Source of the DNA: Chiloscyllium plagiosum
Lineage: Eukaryota
NCBI RefSeq assembly: GCF_004010195.1
Contig: NC_057718.1
Location: forward strand, 67,358,588-67,422,587
Length of the DNA: 64,000 bases
Direction: 5' to 3'
This document shows positions 11,700 through 24,800 of the stretch, one piece after another. Under the pieces are notes generated by a model, which saw nothing but the letters and a program-made list of their open reading frames with translations, had not been told where the DNA came from and did no database searches. The first letter of the stretch is position 1; the number at the start of each line of letters is the position of its first letter. Position numbers and translations under genes: made by a program.

Positions 11700-12990
11700 A
11701 CATTAACTAATCTTCTGAGTTTAAGTGGATACAAACCTAGCATGTCCAACCTTTCCTTATAAGACAAATTGCCCATTCCATGGGATAATCTCATAAACCA
11801 TCTCTGAACTGTCTCCAATCCTTCCTTAAATAAGATGACCAGATTTACACATAGTACGCCAGATGTAATCTTGACTGTGCCCGATGTAACTGAAACATAG
11901 CACACTTTTTTTATTCATTTCTTCTCACTATAAATGATAACATACAATGTGTCTTCTTAATTACTTTCTGTACCTGCATAATAAAGTTCTGCAATTAATG
12001 CATGAGGACACCCAGATCTCTCTGTATCTCCGAGCTTTGCAATCTCATGCAATTTAGATAACATGTTTTTTAAAATCATCCTGCCAAATATCTTCACATT
12101 TTTCCGCATTTTTACTCCAGTTGCCATATCTTTGCACGCTCACATAAGCAGTCTTCATTTTTTGAACCTTGTTTCCTCTTCACAACCAAATTTTCTACCT
12201 ATTTCCGAGTCGTCAGGAAACCTGGTGACCAAACCTTCCATTCCTTTATCTGTATAAATTCTAAGTAGTAGAAGTCACAGGACCAAACCCCTGTGAAATA
12301 CCACTCATTGCATCTTAACAACCCATCAAAAGGTTAACTTACACCTACTCTGCTTCCTGTTAGCTAGCCAATTTTCTATCCATGGTCAATATGCCACCTC
12401 TGCGCCATGAGCTCTTATTTTCTACAATTCTTTTGATGCGACACCTTCTCAAATGACTTATGGAAATCTAAGAGGAGAAAGTGAGGACTGCAGATGCTGG
12501 AGATCAGAGCTGAAAATGTGTTGCTGGAAAAGCACAGCAGGTCAGGCAGCATCCAGGGAATAGGAGAATCGACGTTTCGGGCATAAGCCCTTCTTCCTGA
12601 AGAAGGGCTTATGCCCGAAACGTCGATTCTCCTGTTCCCTAGATGCTGCCTGACCTGCTGCACTTTTCCAGCAACGCATTTTCAGTTATGGAAATCTAAA
12701 TACAACACATCCTCTGGTTCCCCTTATCTACAGGACATGATACTTCCTCAAATAATTCTAATAAATTGGTCAAAACCATGACGAGTCTGCATAATTAGTT
12801 TGAACATATTCAAATTCCCTGTTATAAACTTCTTTAATGAATAATATTTTATAACATTTTTCCCGATGGTAGATGTTGGTCTAATTGGCCTACAGGGTCC
12901 TACTTTCTGTCTACCTTTTGCTTTGAGTAAAAGGAGTTACAGTCACCAACTTCCGATCAAATGGGATCATCACCTAATCTTGTCCAAACT
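11700..12990 (-). mobile_element. Old CR1 LINE fragment
   Basis: Antisense ORF2 C-terminal motifs (LETVQRWFMRL..LSYKERLDMLGLYPL). Confidence 0.75.
12472..12685. mobile_element. Palindromic Penelope mini-element with a hammerhead ribozyme core
   Basis: 14-bp TSD ttatggaaatctaa at 12458-12471 and 12686-12699; CTGAAGA-aGGGCttatGCCC-GAAACGTC at 12597-12624. Confidence 0.9.
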
Positions 12991-12999
12991 GACAGCAAA

Positions 13000-13640
13000 G
13001 TAGGGCTCCTGTGCTGGAACTTGTCCTCTTTTCCTGCTTTTCTTTCATTTTTCCTTTTTCTTTCTTTTCCTCTCTTTTTTTCTCTTTTTACTTACTTTCT
13101 TTGTCCTGAACTTGGACGGCATCGATAGCAGTGAGAGTCCAGCATATGGATTTTGAGTCAGCCCCTGCTTACTTTTCTGGAGCAGGCACAGTACCTGAAA
13201 TCACCGGCTGCTACATGGGCTGAGATGATGTCAGCAATGTAGGCAAAAGCGATAGGTTAGCAAAGTGGTGGTAGAAGGGCATCATAGCAGCATTGATGAG
13301 GTGGCCCCAATGGCAAGAGATGGCTTGGCGCAGGAGAGGTATCAGCTCAGCGGCTTAGATGGCACCTGAGGAACAGCAACATCAATGTTGGTTGGGTCTA
13401 GTCTAGATGCCAGCGAAGCAGTTGCGAAGGGATGGCAGTGCAGGCGTTGTTAATGGTGATGAGCTGGATCAGGGCTGTAAAACTCTCCTTCAGCTATACC
13501 TTTCTGTTTCTCTTTGCTCTTAAATTATTCAAAATGGCTCTATGACACGGCAATAAATGAAAGCTTTCCATTATATTTTAATGTATTCTTGTCGTAAAAC
13601 ACACGTGACAAGAAAAATCAAAACCAAATCAAATCAGGAG
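13000..13640 (+). mobile_element. Non-autonomous retroposon of unassigned family (relatives at about 28900-29265 and 44225-44880)
   Basis: Shared internal motif gatggcacctgaggaacagc and a shared tail ...gtgacaa...aaatca(aatc)n. Confidence 0.5.
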
Positions 13641-13694
13641 AGCCAGTGCATTGATTAACTCACTAGCCACCACTTCTAAGACACTAGAATGAAA

Positions 13695-13975
13695 TCATAG
13701 AATCCTACAGTGTGGAAACAGCCATTCAGCACAACTGGTTCACACCTACTCCTTCCCCTACCCTATCCCTGTAATCCTGCATTTCCCATGGCCAATCCAC
13801 CTAACCTGCACAGCTTTGGACTGTGGAAGGAAACTGGAGCGCCCGGTAGAAACCCACGCAGACAAAACAAGCATGTGCAAACTCCACACAGACAGTCACC
13901 CAAGGGTGGGATTGAACCTGCATCCCTGGTGCTGTGAGGCAACAGTACTGACCACTGATCCATCATGCCCCCCCC
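13695..13975 (-). mobile_element. HE1-type tRNA-derived SINE
   Basis: Antisense of gtcagtactgttgcctcacagcaccaggga...ggagtttgcac...cacagtccaaag. Confidence 0.85.
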
Positions 13976-14334
13976 CCAGTCAGAACCTGTGCACTGCCAG
14001 CCGATCGTCCCAACAATTTTTTCAGTAGCACTTCTCTGGTGATGGTAATTTTCCAGAATTCCTGTCTTCACTTTCCATTGGATGAGCACTCATTTTGTTA
14101 ATTAGGTTCTTCTTTTAAAATTATATTATAATATTTACACATGCTACCTTTTTTTATACGAGTGGCTAGCTTTCTCTCATTCTCTCTTTATTAATTTTTT
14201 GGTCACTGTTGTTTTTCATATTCAATCAATCAATCTTAACTGTCACCAACTTTTGCACAATTTAATGCTTTTTTTGTTTTAGTTTGATGCTATGGAGGCA
14301 TAGAGTCATAGAGCTGTACAGCATGGAAACAGGG

Positions 14335-14670
14335 GAGGCTATAGTCTAGTGATATTAAAACAAAGACCCAGACAACATTCTGGCAACCTGAGTTTTAATC
14401 TTGCCATGGCAGTTGGTGGAATGAGTTCAATAAATATCTGAAATTAAGAGTTTAATGATGACCATGAATCCATTGTCGATTGTTGGAAAAACCCATCTAA
14501 TTCACTAATGCCCTTTCGGGAAGAAAATTGCATCCTTACCTGGTCTGGCCTACATATGACTCCAGGTTGCTCAGCAATGCAATTGAATCTTAACTGCCCT
14601 TTCGGCAATTGGGTATGGGTAACAAATGCTGCCTGACCACTGATGCCTTCATCCCATGAATGAATACAGG
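14335..14670 (+). mobile_element. Second SINE family, DeuSINE/SacSINE-like (copies also at about 17755-17940, 39305-39460 and 49975-50175)
   Basis: gccatggcagttggtggaat...aaaacccatct..ttcactaatgccc...ccttacctggtctggcctacat. Confidence 0.6.
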
Positions 14671-14679
14671 AAAAAAAAA

Positions 14680-16845
14680 GACTCTTCAGTCAAACTTGTC
14701 CATGCTGACCAAATATCCTAAATTAATCTAGTCCCATCTGTCAGCACTTGGCCCATATCCCTCTACATCTTTCCTATGTATTAGATCCATCCAGCTGCCT
14801 TTTAAATGTTGTAATTGTTGTAAGTGCCTCCACCACTTCCTCTGGCAGCTCATTCCATACATGCACTATCCACTGCATGAGAAAGTTGCCTCTTAAGTCC
14901 CTTTTAAATCTTCCCCCGCTCACCTTAAACCCTCTAGTTTTAGACTTTGCCATCCTGGTGAAAATATCTTGTTTGTATACCCATTCTATGCTCCTCATGA
15001 TTTTATAAACCTCTATAAAGGTAGCCCATCAGCCTCTGACACTCCAGAGAAAATTGCCTCAGCCTAATCAGCCTTTCCCTGTAGCACAAAGCCACCAACC
15101 CTGGCAGCATCCTTGTAACTCTTTTCTGAACCTTCAAGTTTCACAACATCCTTCCTCTGGCAGGGAGACCAAAATTGCACACAATAGTCCAAAAATGGCC
15201 TAATCAGTCACAACATGACCTCCCCTCTCTTACACTTATTACACTGACCAATAAAAGCAAGCATACTAAATGCCTTCTTCACTATTTTGTCTATCTGGGA
15301 CTCTCCTTTCGAGGAACTATGAACCTACGCCCCAAGGTATCTTTGTTCAGCAATACTCCCCAGGACCTTACCATTAAGTGTATAAGTCCTGCCTTGATTT
15401 ACTTTTCTAAAATGCAACACCTAATTTTTATCTAAAGTAAACTCCATCTGTCACTCCTTGGCCATTGGCCCATCTGATCAAGGTGCCATTATACTCTGAG
15501 GTAACCTTCTCCGCTATCCATCACACCTCAAATTTTGGTGTCTCTTTAACATTTTGAGTGAATCACAAATAATGGGTCTGTTCTTGGAATTGTTCTTCCT
15601 CATTGAAAAATATTTATTCTATATATTATGAAATATTCTCTTAAATATCTGCCATTGAATCACTATTAACCTTTTTTAACCCTAATTTGTCAATTCATCT
15701 TAGCCAGCACTGCTTTCATGCCCTCGTAATTGTCTTCATTTATGTCTTTTAAAAATAACCTCCCTCCCCCAAATTAAATGTGATATTCAATCATCTTATA
15801 ATCATTGCTTCCTAGAGTTTCCTTCATTATTAGATCATTCATTAATCCTATCTCATTGTAGAATACCAGGTTTAGTATAACCTGTTCCCTGGTTAGCTCT
15901 AGAATTTGCTGTTCTATGAAACTAATCTGAAAACATTCTGAGAACTGCTCACCTCGGAAATGTCTGCCCATCTGAAATCTCCCAAGCTTATTGCCAGAGC
16001 ATTCTGACAAGCTCCAATTCACATCCCAATCTACCATTAGGGGACATGTACACCATTCTCACAAGTAACTTCTTGCCCTTATCATTTCTCATTTCTATTC
16101 AATCTGTTTCTACATCTTGTTTTCTTGAGCATAGGTTAGCCCTCTCTATTGTGCTACTGCTATCACTATACTCCTCCACCATTTCCTACTTTCCTGGCAT
16201 TCCCTAAAGTCCTGCACCCTTCGAGATTCAGGTCCCAATCCATAAGACCATAAGAAATAGAAACAGGAGTAGGCTATTCAACCTCTTGAACCTGGTCCGC
16301 CATTCAATAGGGTCATAGGTGATCTGACATTCTTCGCATCCACTTTTCCACCCTTTCCCAATGACCCTTGATTACCTAAATGGTCAAGAATCCTTGTCAT
16401 CCTGCAGACATACCTCAGTAATTGCTACCAGATTGTACAGTTCAATTCTATTTGTACTTTCAGTTCATGTTTTATTTTGAATGCTCTGTACATTCAGATG
16501 CAGAACCTTTAGTTTTATCATTTTAATGTTTGAAAAGTCGAATTTTATCTGTTGACTGACTTTTAGATTCATATTGTCTGTCTATACCTGTCATAGTCTG
16601 TTTATCATTTCCCATATTAACATCTTTCTTCTTAACCTTGTCCCTACTCTTTCATTTACTAAATTGTTCTAAATGGTATTCCTTGACCCACAATTCAGTT
16701 TAAAATCCTCTCTACTTATCCAGTTTTTGAGTTGGCAAGAACACCTGTCCCATTGCAGTTCAGATGGAGACAATCCCCTTTCTGTAGATCCCACTTTTCC
16801 CAGTATTTCTGCTAATGGCTCATGAACCAGAGCTGATTTTTTTTT
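14680..16845 (-). mobile_element. CR1 LINE fragments (3' ORF2 plus older EN region)
   Basis: KTRG..GGRFKRDLRGNF..WNELPEEVVEA and LGSNDY motifs. Confidence 0.8.
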
Positions 16846-17157
16846 AGATTAGATTACTTACAGTGTGGAAACAGGCCCTTTGGCCCAACAAGTCCACATC
16901 GCCCCGCCGAAGCGCAACCCACCCATACCCCTACATTTACCCCTTACCTAACACTTCGGGCAATTTAGCATGGCCAATTCACCTGACCTGCACATCTTTG
17001 GACTGTGGGAGGAAACCGGAGCACCCGGAGGAAACCCACGCTGACACAGGGAGAACGTGCAAACTCCACACAGTCAGTCGCCTGAGTCGGGAATTGAACC
17101 CAGGTTTCTGGCGCTGTGAGGCAGCAGTGCTAACCACTGTGCCACCGTGCCGCCCAC
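16846..17157 (-). mobile_element. HE1-type SINE (young, full length)
   Basis: Antisense of gggcggcacggtggcacagtggttagcactgctgcctcacagcgcc, with a (tctaa)n tail. Confidence 0.95.
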
Positions 17158-18294
17158 CAACACCAACATTTGACCATACATTCATCTCTCTAATCAGATT
17201 TGGCACATGTGAACTTGCATGTGGCTAAGGTAATAATGCAGAGGTTATGACCTATTGAAGTTCTGTTCTTTAATTTGGCATTTAGCTCCTTATACTGATT
17301 GTGCAGAATCTTCTTCATTGTCCTGCATGTGTCATTCTTATCTACATGGACCATGATGGTTGGTTCCCATGCCCCCACCCCAAATTCCTTTCCAGTCTTG
17401 AGCAGGTGTTTTGAACTCTGACCTCGAGTGATCAAGCAGCTGTCTGGACTCATCATCTCTGCTGTGAAGAAGAGAGTCATTCACTGGACCAAATTGGTAT
17501 CCAGAAATGCCCATTTGCTGCAACATGACACAATACTTGTCCTACCATCTTTACTATGTTTTAATGAACTGCCTAATTATTGCATTCAACTTTATATTTA
17601 GTCATATTTTTACACATTTCATTAACCAGAGCACCAGCTGCTAAACTATTTTGAACATTAGGAATATAATAAATCTTTATTACTTCCCAGATACTCACCA
17701 ACTAACCAGCGCGTGTAAGCCAGAAGATTTCCTTCCCTAAAAAACATTGGAGAACTAGATAGGGTTTTTACAACAATAAAAAGTAGCCAAATGGTTGGTA
17801 TTAAGCTAATGTGTATTTCCAGATTTTTACTGAATTTGAGTTATGCTAACTGCTGTGGTAGGATGTGACAAATGTTCACAGAACATTAAAGACTGGGGTT
17901 CTGGATTATTAGGCCAGTGAAACTACCACAGCATCACTATCCGTCGAATGACTGCTACTGAATTGAAGGAATTCTAAATGCTAAAGAACATCAAGGCATT
18001 GAAAAAATGTAGAATTATGTGAGCCATTCTTCATCTCGAAATCCAAGTATACAGATTTGGAGAACAGATTATCTGGAACTAACAGCTATCAAAGGACTAT
18101 TGATCTTTTAGGTTCAAGAGAAATTATCTTAGCCATCCATCTGGCAATCAAATGGCCCTCAAAGAACAGGATTTACAGGAAATAACCAACTCGCACTACA
18201 GCTCCTTATATCAAGTAGTCTGAAAAATTACAAGTTGTTTTTATTGCCATTTTCTGATGAGTGTTGTTTTACACAAAGCATGTTTGACTAGCTA

Positions 18295-18876
18295 CAATTA
18301 TGCCTTTCAACATTTTGGAGTTGGTTGATAGTAGGGGAACTATGGATTCCTGTGTATGACCCTGATAGGTTTTGAAACTGTGGGACAGAGGGCAGGGAAG
18401 AACAGACAAGTATAAAGGACCTTTGATTGGGGAGTCAACATTCACCTCATTGAAAGTTTGGCCTCCAATTTGTAATATCCAGTTCTAACAGCATGCTGCT
18501 GGCTCTCCTGTTCCATTCCTGATTTTTGTGTCTCAGTATAAATTTACTTGGTCTGTGGGCCCTGGTAAGTAAGTCCATATTTGTAAAGAAAAGCTGCCTT
18601 ATGTGACTGTGGTATTAAAAACCTTCAATCTGGTCTCTTCATGGTGTACATTTTTAACTTCTCCATACATCAAGGTCCAGGCATTTCCATGAGAAGTCTT
18701 CTTAGGATGCAAAGCATTGCTTTGATGGCTCTGATGCAAAGTAGTGAAAGGATACCAGTGCAGGCAGAGAGATGCTAATCTTTAGTAACAGATCACAAAG
18801 TGGTCTGCCTCAGGGTTAAATTACCATTGCTAGTATAATGCTAATAATTATTTAGGGGAAACAGAGGGAATGGAGC
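18295..18876 (+). pseudogene. ASCH-like domain 1 within the GREB1-like gene
   Basis: CLSTFWSWLIVG (18301), EGR (18388), YKGPL (18411, after a frameshift), FP*EVFLGC (18684) and RGNRG-xW (18851-18873) follow the ASCH pattern CLS..PW.SL.V.G..EGR.W...RG.L...P.G.LLGC...G..IW. Confidence 0.6.
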
Positions 18877-19710
18877 AGAATGGGAGGATGGAAATAGAAG
18901 CTTTTCAAGCTTTTAACAAACTCATTGCTTTCCAGTAACCTGTCACAAACATTCTTTTGACTCTTCAAGAGTGACAGAGAAATTTCAGCTTTGTCCATTG
19001 ATAATGAAATTATATATCAAGGAGACACCATAATAACACTCAGTCTTAAAAGTAGTGCAGATGTGTCAGACAGCACGTAGGTTCAGGGAACCACAATAGT
19101 AACACACAATAGTAGCAGCTTTAATGTGGGAAAGCTTCTCAACTATTAAATTTTATAGCACCTGCCATGACACGATCACCTAAAGACTCGGAATTAAGAT
19201 TTACTGATACTCCTCCATCCATAGAGGGCAGCAGTCAGCCACCTCAGTTTTTCTTTTCAATGGGAAAACACTCAGAAGGAACCTAGAGTAATAGGGCTTA
19301 TCCAAAAAAGGTGGGAATCCAGATCCACAAGTCCTGCAGCTATTTCCAACAGATCCAATTTTTACTGGTAGACAAACAGGTGGGATGTGACTCACACATG
19401 GGAGACCTGAACTTAGCAGAATCATTTGAACTTTGTGTGGAATTCAAATAGAGTCTTCAGGTTTCTGGAACAAAGGACTTATTGCACAGGGTATGTGTAA
19501 AGATTTTATTAAAAGTTGACGTAAGTGTTCATAAAGAGTGAATAAGTTCTATGGAACTGTCAAGCTGTCAAATTATTTAACACTTTTGAACAAAATACTC
19601 TGTCTGTGACTGTAAGTAGAAAACAACCTGTGATTGTAATTTAAATCAGTGTATGTTGACGGAAATCTAAAGTGCCAGTAGTATAGAATTATTACTGCTT
19701 GTTTCCACCA

Positions 19711-19970
19711 TCTATTATTAACACAGTGTGGGTGGATGGGTTGTAATTTCACAATCTAATTGAAGACTCCTAAAAGGTTATTTAAGAGGCTGCAATGCAC
19801 AAACTTTGGAGGATAACACATGGAAAAATCATTTACGAGGATCATTATTTCCAATTGTGTTATACACCTTTCTTGCATATGCTTGACAAGTCAGACATTG
19901 GTCCATGGTACTTCGTGTATGGAACAGGATAGTTGGCCTCATTGCTGTGGGACTCCACGTTGACTTTCTG
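19711..19970 (+). pseudogene. ASCH-like domain 2 (N-terminal half; truncated by a CR1 insertion)
   Basis: SIINTVWVDGL (19711), then TLEDNTWKNHLRGSLF (19803-19850), compared with the ASCH consensus SI.QPWA.LI...KT.ENR.W.T.YRGPLL. Confidence 0.55.
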
Positions 19971-19974
19971 TCAC

Positions 19975-20590
19975 AGAAAGCAGTCGGTGGTGGGCCCTTG
20001 CTGTTTGTGGTTTATATAAATCATTTAGACATGAATGCAGGAAGATTGATCAGTAAGTTTGCAGATGTTACAAAAGTTGATGGTGTGGTAAATCTTGAGG
20101 AAGAGAACATTAGATTACAGGAGGATATAGATGGGCTGGTCAAATGGACTGATCAGTGGTAAAAAGAATTCAATCCAAATGAATGTGAGGTGATGACATT
20201 TGGCAGGACAAACAAGGCAAGATATGATGAATGGTCGGACTCTGGGAAACACTGAAACACTGAGGAATAGAGAGACCTTCTGGTGCATATACAACAGCAC
20301 TTTGAAGTATCAGGACAGTGGATGAAGTGGTTAGAAGGCATATGGTACATTTGTCTTTATTAGCCAAATCTTAGAGTTTAACAGTAGGCAGCTTATGCTG
20401 CAACTATAGAAAAGGTTGGTTAGGCCACAGCTAGAGATTATTGTGTGCAGTTCTGAAATTCACCTTAAAGGAGGGATGTAATGTACTGCAGAGGATGCAC
20501 AGGAGATTTACCAGGTTATTGCCTTTGCTGGAGAATTTCAGTTATGAAGAGAGATTGGACAGCCTGGAGTTCTTTTCCTTGGAATTAAGG
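19975..20590 (+). mobile_element. CR1 LINE RT/3' fragment
   Basis: GPLLFVVYINHLD..ISKFADVTK. Confidence 0.85.
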
Positions 20591-20609
20591 GTCACTACTA
20601 GTGTCTCTA

Positions 20610-21440
20610 CTGACTTGCTCTGCAGGATGTGCACCCAACACCAGCTCCTCAAAAACTGCGTTAGGGCACCGGAGCTGGAGCTGGAGCTGGATGAACTTCG
20701 GATCATTCGGGAGACAGAGGTGGTTATTGAGAGGAGTTACGGGAGGTAGTCACATGTCAAGTTCAAGAAAAAGGTAGATGGGTAACAGTCAGGGGACGGA
20801 AAGGGAACCAGCAGACAGTGCAGGGATCCCCTGTGGCCGTTTCCCTCAATAACAAGTATACTGTTTTGGATACTGTTGGGGCGGACGACTTACCGGGGGT
20901 AAGCCATTGTAAGTCAGGTCTCTGGCATAGAGTCTGTCCCTGTTGCTCAGAAGTGAAGGGGGAAGAAGAGCAGAACATTAGTCATTGGGGACTCCATAGT
21001 TAGGGGGACAGATGGGAGGTTCTGTGGGAACAAGAGAGACTCACAGTTGGTGTATTGCCTCCCAAGTGCCAGAGTTTGTGATGTCTTGGATCGTGTTTTC
21101 GGGATCCTTAAGGGAGAGGGAGAGCAGCCCCAAGTCATGGTCCACATAGGCACTAACGACATAGGTAGAATAGGGATGGGGTTTTAAGGCAAAAATTCAG
21201 GGAGCTAGAGTGGAAACTTAGAGCTAGAACAAACAGAGTTGTTATCTCTGGTTTGTTGCCCATGCCACATGCTAGTGAGGTGAGGAATACGAGAGAGAGC
21301 AGATGAATACGTGGTTACAGGGATGGTGCAGGAGGGAGGTTTTTGGATTCCTGGATAATTGGGGCTCTTTCTGGGGTAGGTGGGACCTCTACAAACAGTA
21401 TGGTCTACACCTGAACCAGAGGGGTATCAATATCCTGTAG
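20610..21440 (+). mobile_element. CR1 ORF1 (esterase-type) fragment, probably the 5' part of the element that resumes at 26093
   Basis: LELELDELRIIRE, IGDS, CLPSARV, VHIGTND and GLHLN esterase motifs. Confidence 0.8.
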
Positions 21441-21504
21441 GGCGGAGCTTGGAAAAAAAAGTCAAAACAACAGGGGTGGCACGGTGGGAGGGGGCAGGGG
21501 TGGG

Positions 21505-21820
21505 GGTGGCATGGTGGCTCAGTGGTTAGCACTGCTGCCTCTCAGCATCAGGGTCCCAGGTTCGATTCTAGCCTCGGGCGACTCTCTGTATGGGGTTTGC
21601 ACATTCTCCCTGTGTCTGCATGGGTTTCCTCCGGGTGCTCCGGTTTCCTCCCACAGTCCAAAGGTGTGCAGGTTAGGTGAATTGGCCATGCTAAATTGCC
21701 CATAGTGTTATGTGCATTAGTCAGAGGGAAATGGGTTTGGATGGGTTACTTTTCAGAGGGTCAGTGTGGACTTGGTGGACCGAAGGGCCTGTTTCCACAC
21801 TGTTGGGAATCTAATCTAAA
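21505..21820 (+). mobile_element. HE1-type SINE
   Basis: ggcatggtggctcagtggttagcactgctgcctc...aatctaatctaaaa. Confidence 0.9.
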
Positions 21821-21829
21821 AAAAAAACA

Positions 21830-24800
21830 GTACTTTTAAAAGGGAGAAGGACAGACAATAGGCAGCAAGCACATGGTCTGGAAGGGAAACCTAGAAAGAA
21901 ACACACACTGCTAACTGACACAGCAGTCAATCTGCGCAGTTACTGCCTTTGCTGTTTGAATTCATGTATAGCTGGACATCGGAATGTGACTAGGAAAACT
22001 TAAACAGCGAAATTCACAACTGATCTTGGAGGAACCTGTTTGGGAGCGGTTACAGCACAGAAACAGATAATTGTATAATTTTAAGTTTAGCCTTGCTGTA
22101 AATCTACAATAGTGAGTAGTATGAGTTCTTTCATGATTATATGTTTTATTGAGAGCTGTCTCTTGATTCAATTTTAAAAATATAAGCCATAAGTATTAGG
22201 TTAGCCAGGACCAGTGTTTTGTAGAGCAATAAGAGGGTGCTATTTTCTGGGTCTATACATTGGAAAGAGCAAAAATGGCCTTTAGTAGAGTGATATGTTC
22301 TTCTTGTTGGATGAGGGAGTTTCGAGAGCGTTTGTGTTACCGAGGATTATATCTTCAATAAATGCCATTGGTTGCGAATTCAGATTGAATAGATTGGTTG
22401 GAGCAACGGTTAGATGCAATGAGCAATTTACAAGACCAACGGGGTGTGATGGCTGGCAGTTATAGGAAGGGAGAAAAGCCGCAGATATAGCCACATTGAT
22501 GGGTTAACTCCAGGAAAGGTAAGAGCGTTAGGCAGGTATTGCAGGAGTCTTCTGTGGCTATGGGCCATTTGAAACAAGTATGCTGTTTTGGAAAATGTAG
22601 GGGGTGATGGATTCTCAGGTGAATGTAGCACAAACATCCAAGTTTCTGGTATCAAGACAGGCTTGAATGTAATGAGGGGTACATCAAGTTCCGAGCAATC
22701 GATTCTGTTAGGGAACTCTTTAGACAGAGGCACAGACAGACGTTTCTGTGGCCAACAGCGAAAAATCAGAATGGTGTTTTGCCTCCCTGGTGCCAGGATC
22801 AAGGGTGTCTCAGAAAAGGTACAGAATGTTCTATAAAGTGGAGAGGGGCCAGCAGGAGGCAATTGTATATGTTTGAACCAATGACATAGGAAGGAAAAAA
22901 GATGAGATTCTGAAGGGAGTTAGGCAGGAATTTAAAAAGGAGGTCCTTAAAGGTAGCAATATCTGGATTACTCCCAGTGTTACAAGCTAATGAGGGTAGG
23001 AATAGGAGGATAGAGTAGACGAATGCATGGCTGAGGAGCTGGATCCAATGATTTTTGGATCATTGGAACCCCTTCTGGGGTAGAAGTGACCTGTACAAGA
23101 AGAATGAATTGCACCTGAATTGGAAGGGGACGAAGATACTGGCAGGGAAATTTGCTAGAATGGCTCAGGAGGATTTAAACTAGTAAGGTGGAGGGGGGTT
23201 TGGGGGGAACCCAGGAGATAGTGAGGAAAGAGCTCAATCTGAGACTGGTATAGTTGAGAAAAGAAGCAAGTCAAATAGTCAGGGCAGGCAGGGACAAAGC
23301 AGAGAACAGGGTAGGACTGATAATTTAAACTGCATCCGTTTCAATGCAAGAGGCCTAACAGGGAAGGCTAATGAAATCAGGGCATGGTTAGGAACATGGG
23401 ACTGAGATATCATAGCAATTATAGAAATGTTGCTCAGGGATGGACAAGACTGGCAACTTAATGTTCCAGGATACAAATTACAGCTGTACTTAGGCAGAAT
23501 ATTCCCAGAAATACATCCAGGGAAGTTATTTGGGTAGAACTGAGAAATAAGAAAGGGATGGTCACCTTATTGGGATTGTATTATAAACCCCCTAAAAGTC
23601 AGAGGGAAATTGAGAAACAAATTTGTAAAGATATCGCAGTTATCTGTAAGAATAATAGGTTGGTTATGGTAGGGGATTTTAACTTCCAAATGTAGACTGG
23701 GACTGCCATAGTGTTAAGGGTTTAGATGGAGTGGAATTTATTAAGTGTGTACATGAAAACTTTTCTGATTCAATATGTGGATGTACCTACTAGAGAAGGT
23801 GCAAAACTTGACCTACTCTTGGGAAATAAGGCAGAGCAGGTGACGGAGGTGTCAGTGGGGGAGCACTTTGGGACCAGTGACCATAATTCTATTAGTTTTA
23901 AAATAGTAATGAAAAAGGATAGACCAGATCTAAAAGTAGAAATTCTAAATTGGAGAAAGGCCAATTTTGACGGTATTAGGGAAGAACTTTCAAAAGCTGA
24001 TTGGGGCAGATGTTCGCAGGTAAAGGAATGGCTGGAAAATGAGACTCCATCAGAAATGAAATAATGAGAGTCCAGAGACAGTATATTCCTGTTAGGGTAA
24101 AAGGAAAGGTTGGTAGGTGCAGTGAATGCTGGATGACTAGAGGAATTGAACGTTTGATTAAGAAAAAGAAGGAACCATATGTCAGGTATACACAGGATAG
24201 ATCAAGTGAATCCTTAGATCCTTAGGAATATACTTATGAGGGAAATCAGAGGACCAAAAGGAGACATGAGATAACTTCGGCAAATAGGGTTAAGGAGAAT
24301 ACAAAGGGTTTTAACAAATACTTTAAGGACAAAGGGTAACTGGGAAGAGAATAGGGCCCCTCAAAGATCAGCAAGGCATCCTTGGTGCGGAGCCACAGGA
24401 GATGGGGAAGAAGTAAAAGAGTATTTTGACTCAGTTTACTGTGGAGAAGGACACAGAAGATATAAGATTGGACGGAAATAGATGGTGAAATCTTGAAAAA
24501 TATCCATATTACAGAGGAGCAAGTGCTGGATGTCTTGAAATGCATAAAGGTTGATAAATCCCCAGGACCTGATCAGGTGCACCTTAGGAATCTGTGGGAA
24601 GCTAGGGAGGTGATTGCTGGGCCTCTTGCTGAGATATTTGTTTCATTGATAGTCACAGATGAGGTGCCTGAAGACTGGAGGTTGGCTAACGTTGTACCAC
24701 TAGTTAAGAAAGGTAAAGCCAGGGAACTATAGACCAGTGAGCCTGACATCGGTGGTAGGCAAGTTGTTGGAGGGAATCCTGAGGGATTTACCTGCATTTG

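Noticed and set aside
16846..17157. tRNA-like A/B boxes
   Set aside because: This is the head of an HE1 SINE, not a tRNA gene; the same applies to the other HE1 copies.
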